From Klebsiella pneumoniae (GTDB lineage: Bacteria; Pseudomonadota; Gammaproteobacteria; Eutrophobiales; Eutrophobiaceae): a stretch of 64,000 bases of DNA. The DNA is taken from positions 16,413-80,412 of the forward strand of contig CAMDWI010000020.1 of assembly GCA_945878555.1 (NCBI GenBank), in the 5' to 3' direction. The notes beneath the pieces are model-generated. The model had not been told where the DNA came from and did not search any database. It was given only the letters and a program-made list of their open reading frames with translations. The position numbers and the translations under genes were made by a program. This document shows positions 18,864 to 27,217 of the stretch, piece after piece (the stretch's first letter is position 1; each line of letters opens with the position of its first letter).

Positions 18864-19880
18864 ATGGGGGATTATATGAAACCTGCAAACAGGAAGCCTT
18901 CAGTAAAAAAACAACCGTCAGGTAAGATTCCAGAGAGAAGAGATCCTCCACGGGCCTGTCATTGTGCAGGTCATCGGGCCATACTGGTATTTGGTGCGGC
19001 CAGTGATCCTACCATTCGTGCCGCCCTGGCGTGGACATTGCGCCAACCGAACGTGCACCACAAGGCCCATTACACCAGTGCCGCAGGTGACAGACCACGA
19101 ATTCCGAATGCCGCGGCAACGGGATGGGACGGATTGCGTACGGCCAGCGGAAAGGTTGGAAAGACGGACGATTTGGGATCACTGGCAACGGACTGTTGTT
19201 TCTATGAGGAGATCCTGGTGATGGCACACGGTAGCCATCCCGGGCTGAATAAATTTCTGGCATCGACATTGGGCCAGTTTATACAGACACGACCCGTACG
19301 AAAATTGACTGTCTGGACCTGTGATACAGCCTCGGATATTTATCCCGGTGCGGGTTCAAACCGTCATTATTATGAAAAGATCTGCGGTTTGTTGATACCG
19401 AAGGCCTGTCCGTGTAACTGCGACCTTAGCCTGTGTGACGGGAGATGTCATGATCCTGCCGGAGCGACACATGCCGGATACCGGTGCCCATCTGTTGCGG
19501 AGACTGCGAAACTGTATCTGGCTGCGTGGGAAGATGTGACAGTTGCAGGCAAAACCAAACACATTGCCACCAAACTCGGGATCAATCCGGCAGCACCGGG
19601 AGGCAGAGTATTTACCTCGCCGGACGGTCGACTGCGTGAGGTGACGATTAATGCGGACGGCAGTACCTCGATGACACTGGTCACTGGTGCCAGTGTGTTT
19701 GCCGGGATTACGGTGCAGCCTGATCCGGGATTGAGTCATCCCAAACCGGCACAGGCAAATGGAATCAACGCCGATTGGCGAAATGCGGCAGCAACGGCCA
19801 GGGTACCTGTGGCGCTCCACGGTTACACGGGGCCCACCTCAGAGGCCTGCCCGAATCGGCAAGGTTGCATGTCTGGGTAA
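18864..19880 (+). CDS. Cys-rich hypothetical protein with caspase/C80-like His-Cys motifs
   Basis: ILVMAHGS and LTVWTCDT; 14 Cys. Alternative start ATG 18876. Confidence 0.6.
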   Translation: MGDYMKPANRKPSVKKQPSGKIPERRDPPRACHCAGHRAILVFGAASDPTIRAALAWTLRQPNVHHKAHYTSAAGDRPRIPNAAATGWDGLRTASGKVGKTDDLGSLATDCCFYEEILVMAHGSHPGLNKFLASTLGQFIQTRPVRKLTVWTCDTASDIYPGAGSNRHYYEKICGLLIPKACPCNCDLSLCDGRCHDPAGATHAGYRCPSVAETAKLYLAAWEDVTVAGKTKHIATKLGINPAAPGGRVFTSPDGRLREVTINADGSTSMTLVTGASVFAGITVQPDPGLSHPKPAQANGINADWRNAAATARVPVALHGYTGPTSEACPNRQGCMSG

Positions 19881-20010
19881 TGGGTGTCCCCCGAATTCCG
19901 TGAGATAGATGGATAGATTACTTATCTTTCCAAAATCACAATCTCAGCAGGATAATGTATTTCTCACCAGTGCAGTTCGTCGTTACATTCCGACCTAAAC
20001 CAAGGCATGC

Positions 20011-20038
20011 TTGACAGTGTTATCATATATGATAACCT
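20011..20038 (+). promoter_or_regulatory. Sigma70 promoter with TA operator palindrome
   Basis: TTGACA (20011-16), perfect palindrome GTTATCATATATGATAAC (20019-36), TAACCT -10. ATG follows within 7 nt, so the mRNA is probably leaderless. Confidence 0.7.
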
Positions 20039-20044
20039 TGTTTC

Positions 20045-20365
20045 ATGTCATGGACGATATCATTTTTCAACCGCAAGGTTGAGGCGGAGACATTGGCGTT
20101 TCCCAAAGGGATTCTTGCCAACTTTCTTCATGTTGCGGAAATGATTGAAGAATATGGACCTGATCTCGGGATGCCGCATACCGCTCCAATGGGAAGTGGG
20201 TTATTTGAAATTCGGGCCAAAGGCAAAGAGGGCATAGGTCGTTCCCTTTTTTGTATTACAAAAGGCAATGAAATAATTATCCTGCACTCATTCATCAAGA
20301 AGACACAAAAGACACCTGTGCAGGATCTGGAAAAGGCACGCAGACGTATGAAGGAATTGAAGTAA
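20045..20365 (+). CDS. Type II TA toxin, RelE/HigB (Gp49-like) family
   Basis: GPDLGMPHTAPMGSGLFEIRAKGKEGIGR...ILHSFIKKTQKTP. Confidence 0.9.
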   Translation: MSWTISFFNRKVEAETLAFPKGILANFLHVAEMIEEYGPDLGMPHTAPMGSGLFEIRAKGKEGIGRSLFCITKGNEIIILHSFIKKTQKTPVQDLEKARRRMKELK

Positions 20366-20724
20366 TGATCAGACCCCGTTTTAAATCGTTCAAACAAAAA
20401 GCGCTCAAGCAACCCGGCGTGGCTGAAGCCTATGATGAACTTATCCCGGCGTATACAGTGAGGCGTCAGCTCGTAGCCCTGCGGCAAAGTGCGGGTTTGA
20501 CACAAGAGCAGATGGCACAGAAGTTAAACACCAACAAAAGTAATATCTCGCGTCTCGAAAGTGTTAATTCAGACATCTCCCCCAAATTATCGACGATTGT
20601 TGATTATGCGGATGCGATGGGTTATGACGTCAGGCTTGATTTTGTTCCCAGGAAGAAATCTGCAAATATCAAACGTACGCCGGGAAGCGTAGATAAACGT
20701 AGCCGCTCACGGGGCATTGCCTGA
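20365..20724 (+). CDS. Cognate XRE-HTH antitoxin (HigA-like)
   Basis: LRQSAGLTQEQMAQKLNTNKSNISRLE; TAATG coupling to the toxin. Confidence 0.88.
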   Translation: MIRPRFKSFKQKALKQPGVAEAYDELIPAYTVRRQLVALRQSAGLTQEQMAQKLNTNKSNISRLESVNSDISPKLSTIVDYADAMGYDVRLDFVPRKKSANIKRTPGSVDKRSRSRGIA

Positions 20725-20826
20725 TTTCAGCCTGATAGGAAAGAGGCACGGCGAGAGGGAGATGTTTGCCTGCCTGGTTATGCAGGACTGGTATGGGAAG
20801 AACACATGAGGGCTATCGCTATTGAC

Positions 20827-20853
20827 TTGACGTACGTATAAACGTACGCTATC
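20827..20853 (+). promoter_or_regulatory. yefM-yoeB promoter/operator
   Basis: TTGACG overlapping the inverted repeat CGTACGT-ataa-ACGTACG (20831-48); GGAGG RBS downstream. Confidence 0.6.
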
Positions 20854-20870
20854 AGTTCTGGAGGTTCGCC

Positions 20871-21113
20871 ATGACAACTTTTAATGCAACCGAAGCCCGT
20901 ACCAGGCTGTATAGCTTGATTGATGAGACTACGTCTACGCATAAGCCCATTATCATTACGGGGAAAAGAGGTAATGCGGTCCTGCTGGCAGAGGATGACT
21001 GGAACGCAATTAATGAAACCTTGTATCTGTTGTCTATCCCCGGCATGAGAGAGTCTATCCGCGAGGGCATGGATACGAAGCTGAAGGATACAACCACCAA
21101 GCTTGACTGGTGA
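20871..21113 (+). CDS. yefM: Phd/YefM family antitoxin
   Basis: NATEARTRLYSLID...PIIITGKRGNAVLLAEDDWNAINETLYLLSIPGMRESI. Confidence 0.9.
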   Translation: MTTFNATEARTRLYSLIDETTSTHKPIIITGKRGNAVLLAEDDWNAINETLYLLSIPGMRESIREGMDTKLKDTTTKLDW

Positions 21114-21373
21114 TGTGGAAGCTTTACTTTACCAGACAGGCACAAAAAGATGCCAAAAAGCTGGCTTCTGCAGGGCTAAAGTCGAAAGCTCAGGAACTCC
21201 TGGAAATACTGGCCGCCAATCCATTTCAAAATCCTCCGCCCTATGAAAAGTTAGTAGGGGATTTGGATGGTGCATACTCCAGAAGAATAAATATCCAGCA
21301 CAGACTGGTATATCAGGTTCTGAAAGAAAAGAATGCGGTCAAAATAATCAGGCTGTGGACGCATTATGAATAA
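21110..21373 (+). CDS. yoeB: Txe/YoeB family toxin
   Basis: PPYEKLVGDLDGAYSRRINIQHRLVYQV...RLWTHYE. Confidence 0.92.
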   Translation: MMWKLYFTRQAQKDAKKLASAGLKSKAQELLEILAANPFQNPPPYEKLVGDLDGAYSRRINIQHRLVYQVLKEKNAVKIIRLWTHYE

Positions 21374-21390
21374 AGACGTCACAGGTGCTT

Positions 21391-21681
21391 TCAGGCTGAA
21401 TCCATCCGCTCCATGCCCTGATAGATGTGTTTGTTTTTCTGCTCGGCTTTCCACAAATTCAGATTAGACTGCATTCCCAGCCAGAAGCGGGGTGTACTAC
21501 CCAATACCTTGCTCAAGCGGATAGCGATGTCCTCTGTTATATCACCGCGTTCATTGACGACTTTGGACATAGTATTACACGCGATTCTGCAGCGTTGTGC
21601 CAGTTCGGAGACGGTAATTCCCGTTTCAGGGAGGATTATTTCCCGGATAAATGCGCCAGGGTGGGATGGTTTACGTTTCAT
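21391..21681 (-). CDS. higA: HigA (VapI-type) antitoxin, orphan
   Basis: HPGAFIRE...AIRLSKVLGSTPRFWLGMQ; no intact higB upstream. Confidence 0.88.
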   Translation of the reverse strand: MKRKPSHPGAFIREIILPETGITVSELAQRCRIACNTMSKVVNERGDITEDIAIRLSKVLGSTPRFWLGMQSNLNLWKAEQKNKHIYQGMERMDSA

Positions 21682-21777
21682 CTAAAGCAGTCCTCTATAT
21701 CTCTGAACCGTTATGGATTTTGTAAATAGTTTAACAAATCAGATTTCTTCTGCCAGCAGTTCATCAATATTCTGAAT

Positions 21778-21867
21778 GGGAATGACCGGTTTAAAGAAAA
21801 GATTGAGACGACACTGAACCGTAAGGTAGGCTATGCAAAACGCGGCTGACCGATGAGGGTGGTGTAG
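21778..21867 (+). pseudogene. Probable C-terminal remnant of a REP-associated tyrosine transposase (RAYT)
   Basis: Translates GNDRFKEKIETTLNRKVGYAKRG*P, resembling the RAYT C-terminal tail (G..RF...IE..L.R.......RGRP), with TGA at the Arg position. Confidence 0.55.
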
Positions 21868-21902
21868 ATGTTTATCCTTTTTTCCATAAACGGGCGGATA
21901 CA

Positions 21903-24371
21903 ATGACAACAATAAATCAATCTCCGATTCGATTATTCACGCAGGCCTGCCTGGGTCTGGTCCTGATGAGCCATGCAATAACTGGCATGAGCCAGGTGCC
22001 TATCATCCAGCCGGGTGCGCCGGGAGAATCCACCCGTATGCTGACTGCCGAGGAAGCGATCGAGATCGCGGTGGCGAGCTATTCTCCTGCTGACGTTCAA
22101 TTTATGCAGGACATGATCCCGCACCATCACCAGGCCATCCAGATGGCGGAACTCGTGGCAGACCGTACCAACAATCCCGAGTTGGTAGACCTGGCTGGAC
22201 GCATTACCGGTTCACAGCAGGATGAAATCGAGTTTATGCAACAATGGCTGCGTGAACGGAATGAAAAGATTCCGGACCCGGCCGCGCATGCAACCATGCA
22301 TACGGATCATGAAATGGCGGGCATGGCCACACCGGAACAGATGGCGGAACTAGCGCAGGCAGAGGGCACGGATTTCGATCGCCTGTTCCTTGAGTTGATG
22401 ATCGCTCACCACGAGGGTGCGGTGGATATGGTTGAGGAGCTGCATGAACTACCCGGTTCGGCATATGACCCGGTTCTGTACGACTTTACCAACGATATTA
22501 CCAATGACCAGGCAGTCGAGATCGAGCGCATGAATGCGCTGTTGATTGGCTTGTCATCGGATCCACGTGCCGGTCTGGCAGCCGGGTTTACCGATGCGGG
22601 TGAGACGATTCTGAACCTGGAGAAGCTGGTATCCCTGCCCCGGGCACCGGGATTCTATGACCCGAGTAATCCGGCAGGGCTGCCTCTCAAGAAGGACGAG
22701 GAAAAGAAAGCGGATGACGATAAGGCGGATGCCGGGGCCAATGAAGAAGATGAAGAGGATAAGCCCAAGCCGATAGACGGCGATGATGACCACAAGCGGG
22801 CACCGCTATTAAGTTTTTCCAACACCGATATGGCTTTCCGGCGTGACCTGTTGGTGACCGGCAGTTATCACGGTTTCAATATCTATAAGCTGGAGCAGGG
22901 CGGACTGCCGAAACACATCAGCTCGGTCGTCTGTCCCGGCGGGCAGGGGGATGTCTCCGTTATTGGCGATCTTTTGATTATGTCTGTACAGGATACCCGG
23001 GCTCGGCTGGACTGTGGTCTGCAGGGCATTGATGAAGAAATCAGTAAGGATCGGTTCCGCGGGATACGCATTTTTAATATCAGCGATCCGACACGGCCGG
23101 TACAGGTGGGTGCGGTGCAGACCTGCCGGGGTTCGCATACCCATTCCGTCGTCGCGGGACCGACTGACGACAACAAGATCATTATTTACAACTCCGGCAC
23201 CTCCGCCATCCGGGAAGAAGAGGAACTGGAAGGTTGCATCGATGATACGCCGGGGGATTACCGGACCGCGCTGTTTCGCATCGATGTGATCGAAATCCCG
23301 ATAAACGACCCGTCAAAGTCCCGTATTGTGCATAGTCCCGCGGTGTTTGCCGATCCGGAGGATGGAACGCTTGCCGGTCTGTGGCGGGGTGGTGATCATG
23401 GCGACGATACCCAGGAGACCCGGCAGACTGACCAGTGCCACGATATCACGGTCTTTCCTGCGGCCGGGATCGCCGCTGGTGCCTGCTCCGGTAACGGTAT
23501 CCTGTTTGATATTTCAGATCCGCTCAATCCGAAACGGCTGGATGTGGTCGCCGATACCGGATTTGCCTACTGGCATTCGGCAACCTTCAATAACGATGGC
23601 ACAAAGGTCCTGTTCACCGATGAATGGGGAGGCGGCAGCCGGCCGCGATGCCGTGCCCACGACCCGCTGGACTGGGGGGCGGATGCCATCTATGACATTG
23701 TCGATGGCAAACTCGAGTTTCGCAGTCACTTCAAGATGGCGGCGCCGCAGATGGTGACGGAGAATTGCGTGGCGCACAACGGTTCCATCGTGCCGGTCCC
23801 GGGACGGGACATCCTGGTCCAGGCCTGGTACCAGGGCGGTATCTCGGTGGTTGATTTCACAGATTCAGAGAAGCCCGTCGAGATTGCATTTTTTGACCGT
23901 GGCCCGATCAGCGAGGAACATCTGGTCTCGGGTGGTTACTGGTCGACCTACTGGTACCAGGGTCGAATCTACGGGACGGAGATCGCTCGCGGCCTGGATG
24001 TCTTCCGCCTGACGTCGAGTGAATACCTGTCGGTCAATGAAATGACGGCGGCGGAACTGGCCAGTCAGGGTGGAGTGTTTAACCCGCAGCAGCAGTTTCC
24101 CGTAAGCTGGCCGGGTGAACCTGTCGTGGCGAGAGCGTACCTGGATCAACTGCTGCGTAGTGATGACCTGACACAATCGCTAATTGAAGATCTTACCGAT
24201 GCACTGGCGCGTGCCGAATCGCTGTTGCCGCAAGGCGCCAGGGATCCGGATCTGGCTACGCGGCTGGCCTCGTTGGCAGCAAATATACGCAGGAATCGCG
24301 GTGACGCCAGGCTGGAAAAGTCCCGCAACGGGCTTGCCAACACGCTGGGGGAAATTGCGGGCAGGTTGTGA
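21903..24371 (+). CDS. Exported DUF305 (ferritin-like) + LVIVD-repeat beta-propeller protein
   Basis: Signal peptide; DVQFMQDMIPHHHQAIQMA and FLELMIAHHEGAVDM; propeller motifs CPGGQGDVSV, GSHTH, CHDIT, YWHSATF, CVAHN. Confidence 0.85.
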   Translation: MTTINQSPIRLFTQACLGLVLMSHAITGMSQVPIIQPGAPGESTRMLTAEEAIEIAVASYSPADVQFMQDMIPHHHQAIQMAELVADRTNNPELVDLAGRITGSQQDEIEFMQQWLRERNEKIPDPAAHATMHTDHEMAGMATPEQMAELAQAEGTDFDRLFLELMIAHHEGAVDMVEELHELPGSAYDPVLYDFTNDITNDQAVEIERMNALLIGLSSDPRAGLAAGFTDAGETILNLEKLVSLPRAPGFYDPSNPAGLPLKKDEEKKADDDKADAGANEEDEEDKPKPIDGDDDHKRAPLLSFSNTDMAFRRDLLVTGSYHGFNIYKLEQGGLPKHISSVVCPGGQGDVSVIGDLLIMSVQDTRARLDCGLQGIDEEISKDRFRGIRIFNISDPTRPVQVGAVQTCRGSHTHSVVAGPTDDNKIIIYNSGTSAIREEEELEGCIDDTPGDYRTALFRIDVIEIPINDPSKSRIVHSPAVFADPEDGTLAGLWRGGDHGDDTQETRQTDQCHDITVFPAAGIAAGACSGNGILFDISDPLNPKRLDVVADTGFAYWHSATFNNDGTKVLFTDEWGGGSRPRCRAHDPLDWGADAIYDIVDGKLEFRSHFKMAAPQMVTENCVAHNGSIVPVPGRDILVQAWYQGGISVVDFTDSEKPVEIAFFDRGPISEEHLVSGGYWSTYWYQGRIYGTEIARGLDVFRLTSSEYLSVNEMTAAELASQGGVFNPQQQFPVSWPGEPVVARAYLDQLLRSDDLTQSLIEDLTDALARAESLLPQGARDPDLATRLASLAANIRRNRGDARLEKSRNGLANTLGEIAGRL

Positions 24372-24384
24372 GTGATTTGTGGTG

Positions 24385-24435
24385 TACGGGGAATCGGGGT
24401 CATACGGGGAATCGGGGTCAGGTCTTGAATCTTGG
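24385..24435 (+). repeat. 18-bp tandem duplication leading into a REP-like GGGGTCAGGTCTTG motif
   Basis: TACGGGGAATCGGGGTCA x2 (24385-24420), then GGTCTTGAATCTTGG. Confidence 0.75.
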
Positions 24436-24469
24436 TATACGATGTCTATGTCTCATAGCTTATGTCTCA

Positions 24470-24511
24470 GGGCCGGAGTGATTAAATTTAAATCACTCCG
24501 GTCCCTTTTTC
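24470..24511. terminator. Hairpin between convergent genes (terminator or REP-like palindrome)
   Basis: CCGGAGTGATT-aaattta-AATCACTCCGG (11-bp perfect stem), then TCCC and a T-run. Confidence 0.55.
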
Positions 24512-24600
24512 GAGTGAACTTCCCCCAGAACCGCAAACATCTGTAAAGTAACCATTGAGTTTGACGGTCTGGGGGGGAGTAAATCTGCCCGATTCGGGTT

Positions 24601-25650
24601 TCAGGCTTCGATCAGCACCTTGAGCGCATGCGTTTTCGCCGCGTGACCAAAGGTGTCGTAGGCATCCAGGATTTGATCGAGCTTGAAGCGGTGGGTGATT
24701 AAAGGCTTGGGGTCTAGCCCATGCGGCCTGTGGGCCGAATGCAGGGTCTTGATCAGCATCGGGGTGCTTACGGTGTCCACCAGACGTGTCGTAATGCTGA
24801 TATTGCGATCCCACAGCTTCTCCAGGTGCAAGTCTACCTTGACGCCATGCACGCCGATGTTGGCGATGGTGCCGCCGGCGGCGACGATTTGCTGGCACAA
24901 TTCAAAGGTCACGGGCACGCCTACGGCTTCGATGGCGGTATCGACACCGAGTCCGGCTGTCAGCTTCATTACCGCATCGGCTGCATTGCCATTGGCACTG
25001 TTTATGGTTTGCGTCGCGCCGAAGCGTTTGGCCACTTCCAGTCGGCCATCGTCCAGATCGATCATGATGATCTCGGCGGGCGAATAAAATTTTGCAGTCA
25101 AGAGCGCCGCGAGGCCAATCGGCCCGGAGCCGACGATGGCCACCGTGCTGCCGGGCTGCACGCGGCCATTGAGCACACCGCACTCCAGGGCAGTGGGCAA
25201 GATGTCACTCAGCATCACCAGGGCGTCTTCATCGACACCGGCGGGAATCGGGTACAGGCTCGTATCGGCATGCGGAATACGCACGTACTCGGCCTGCGTG
25301 CCGTCGATAGTGTTGCCGAGTATCCAGCCGCCGGTGCTGCAATGCGAATACATCTGGCGTCGGCAGTAAGTGCACTTGCCACAGGCGCTTACGCAGGAAA
25401 TCAGCACCGGGTCGCCCACCTTGAATGTCGTGACGGCTGAGCCCACTGAATCGATTATCCCCACACCCTCATGCCCGAGGATGCGGCCCGGCGTGCAACT
25501 GGGCACGTCGCCCTTCAGGATGTGCAGGTCGGTACCGCAGATGGTTGTGCGCGTCACCTTCACAACGGCATCCGTGGGTATCATGACGACGGGCTTTGGC
25601 CGGTCCTCCAGCGATTTATTGTTCGGACCGAGATAGACGAGTGCTTTCAT
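24601..25650 (-). CDS. Zinc-dependent alcohol dehydrogenase (MDR family)
   Basis: MKALVY start; TICGTDLH, GHEGVG, CGKCTYC, LSDILPT, GSGPIG. Real start is likely ATG 25650, not 25803. Confidence 0.92.
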   Translation of the reverse strand: MKALVYLGPNNKSLEDRPKPVVMIPTDAVVKVTRTTICGTDLHILKGDVPSCTPGRILGHEGVGIIDSVGSAVTTFKVGDPVLISCVSACGKCTYCRRQMYSHCSTGGWILGNTIDGTQAEYVRIPHADTSLYPIPAGVDEDALVMLSDILPTALECGVLNGRVQPGSTVAIVGSGPIGLAALLTAKFYSPAEIIMIDLDDGRLEVAKRFGATQTINSANGNAADAVMKLTAGLGVDTAIEAVGVPVTFELCQQIVAAGGTIANIGVHGVKVDLHLEKLWDRNISITTRLVDTVSTPMLIKTLHSAHRPHGLDPKPLITHRFKLDQILDAYDTFGHAAKTHALKVLIEA

Positions 25651-25764
25651 GCGGGTAACTCCTGAATCAGGCTGCGTGGGTGTATGTGTGTGCATCAAGG
25701 CATTGCCGACAACACCTAACGACACCTGTGTCCACAGCATCTGCGTCCGCGTCAGGCAAGTCTG

Positions 25765-25845
25765 TTCGATGGCACACCCAACCCGAAACGAGTGGTACTG
25801 CACAGAACCTTACTCAAGCGGATGGCAAGATTCCGTATAATTACC
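25765..25845 (-). pseudogene. Degenerate higA fragment
   Basis: Translates ..NLAIRLSKVLCSTTRFGLGVPSN versus DIAIRLSKVLGSTPRFWLGMQSN of higA (21391-21681); the DNA aligns by eye. Confidence 0.7.
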
Positions 25846-25873
25846 ACTGAATGAGAATGAAGGAGTATCGTGA

Positions 25874-26503
25874 GTGAAACGAACAGGCTGTTGGGTTGTA
25901 ATTGTGGCTGCTCTTCTAACGGGAAACGCGATGGCAGTTGAAGAAGCGAAATATACGGTGGTATTGAACGAGGATAGCTTCGAGGTGCGCCAGTATGCGC
26001 CACATGTGCTAGCCGAAACCGTCGTCGACGGGGATCTTGAAGGCGCCGGTAACAAGGCCTTTAACCTCTTGTTCAAGTACATTGATGGCAACAACAAGAA
26101 GCAGGAAAAAGTCGCGATGACTGCGCCGGTAAGCCAGGGGACGGCGGGTGAGAAGATTGCCATGACCGCCCCGGTAGGTCAGCAGCGTGAAAACGACAAA
26201 TGGGTGGTCAGCTTTATGATACCAGCGTCCTATACGCTGGAGTCGCTGCCGGAGCCGAACGATCTCAACGTGATCTTGCGTCAGGTGCCGGCACGATACA
26301 TGACGGCGGTTCGCTATTCCGGATTCTGGAGTGAGAAGGTCTACCGTCGCCATCTGGACGAACTGACAGCGTGGATGGCGAAGCAAGGGATCAAGCCGAT
26401 GGGCGAACCGATATGGGCCCGCTATAACCCGCCGTTCATGCCGTGGTTTTTACGACGGAATGAAATTCTGGTGCCAGTTGAGTGGCCGGTGAAGAGTCAG
26501 TAA
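25874..26503 (+). CDS. SOUL family heme-binding protein
   Basis: Signal peptide; E..Y.V, FEVRQY, AF..LF.YI.G.N, KIAMTAPV, ARYNPPFMP.FLRRNEI. Confidence 0.9.
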   Translation: MKRTGCWVVIVAALLTGNAMAVEEAKYTVVLNEDSFEVRQYAPHVLAETVVDGDLEGAGNKAFNLLFKYIDGNNKKQEKVAMTAPVSQGTAGEKIAMTAPVGQQRENDKWVVSFMIPASYTLESLPEPNDLNVILRQVPARYMTAVRYSGFWSEKVYRRHLDELTAWMAKQGIKPMGEPIWARYNPPFMPWFLRRNEILVPVEWPVKSQ

Positions 26504-26560
26504 ACTGTTTCGGCGGTTTAATTACGCCAGCTTCCTGTGTTATCGCGAATACAGTGCCCT

Positions 26561-26920
26561 ATGAAAAAAACGTCCGAGACTGCCAGTGTTACTGAATATA
26601 TCGCAGCGGCTGATCCCGCTGTCAGGCCGGTATTGAAAAAGATCCGTCTGGCTGTGAAGTCGGCCGTACCCGAGGCAACAGAAACGATTAGTTACAAGAT
26701 GCCCGCCTTTAAGATGGGCCGCGTCTTTTTTTATTACGCCGCCTTCAAACAGCATATCGGCATCTACCCGCCCGTCACGAAAGACAGGAAGTTGATAAAG
26801 GAATTACGCGTATACGCCAACGAGAAGGGTAATCTCCGATTTCCGCTCGACCAGCCGATCCCCTACGATCTGATTGCACGCATTGCGGTGGCGCTGTCGA
26901 AACAATACGCACAGACGTGA
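26561..26920 (+). CDS. DUF1801/YdhG-like protein
   Basis: V.EYI, VPEATETISYKMPAF, AAFKQHIGIYP, KGNLRFPLDQPIPYDLI. Confidence 0.85.
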   Translation: MKKTSETASVTEYIAAADPAVRPVLKKIRLAVKSAVPEATETISYKMPAFKMGRVFFYYAAFKQHIGIYPPVTKDRKLIKELRVYANEKGNLRFPLDQPIPYDLIARIAVALSKQYAQT

Positions 26921-27029
26921 ACCCCCCCACCGGCCTGACTCCCGGATAGGCGATTTGTCCGCCGCTGGCAAGTACATTTTTGCCGGACGGATGGGATGAT
27001 CCTGCTTCAAGTTATGGTACTATTCGTCC

Positions 27030-27137
27030 GTGGCCTGTATCGGCCAGCTCGTGGCGTGAAGTTATGAACCCCGTCAGGCCCGGAAGGGAGCAGCGGCAGT
27101 AATGGATACGGGTGCGAACCTGGACGGTGCAGGCCAC
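27030..27137 (+). ncRNA. ffs: Signal recognition particle RNA (4.5S)
   Basis: Conserved helix-8 motif TCAGGCCCGGAAGGGAGCAGC; complementary ends GTGGCCTG...CAGGCCAC; upstream of dnaX; TGnTACTAT extended -10 at 27015-23. Confidence 0.92.
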
Positions 27138-27217
27138 ACTTTAGCTTGAATGCATTACCGGAGCAGACGTGCACCTGTGCTGCTCCGGACGATCTCAAAT
27201 CCGGAAGCAGACAGACA

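Noticed and set aside
21759-21800. Minus-strand fragment (..PVIPIQNIDELLAEEI*) upstream of higA as a possible higB remnant
   Set aside because: It does not resemble a HigB C-terminus; the overlapping plus frame is better explained as a RAYT tail.
25651-25803. 51-aa N-terminal extension of the ADH in the ORF track
   Set aside because: The family starts at MKALVY (25650); the extension overlaps the higA remnant.
26104-26185. Internal duplication EKVAMTAPV / EKIAMTAPV in the SOUL protein
   Set aside because: A common feature of bacterial SOUL proteins; not novel.
27030-27137. ffs as the integration site of the island
   Set aside because: The island lies on the 5' side of ffs, and I found no duplicated ffs fragment at the far boundary.
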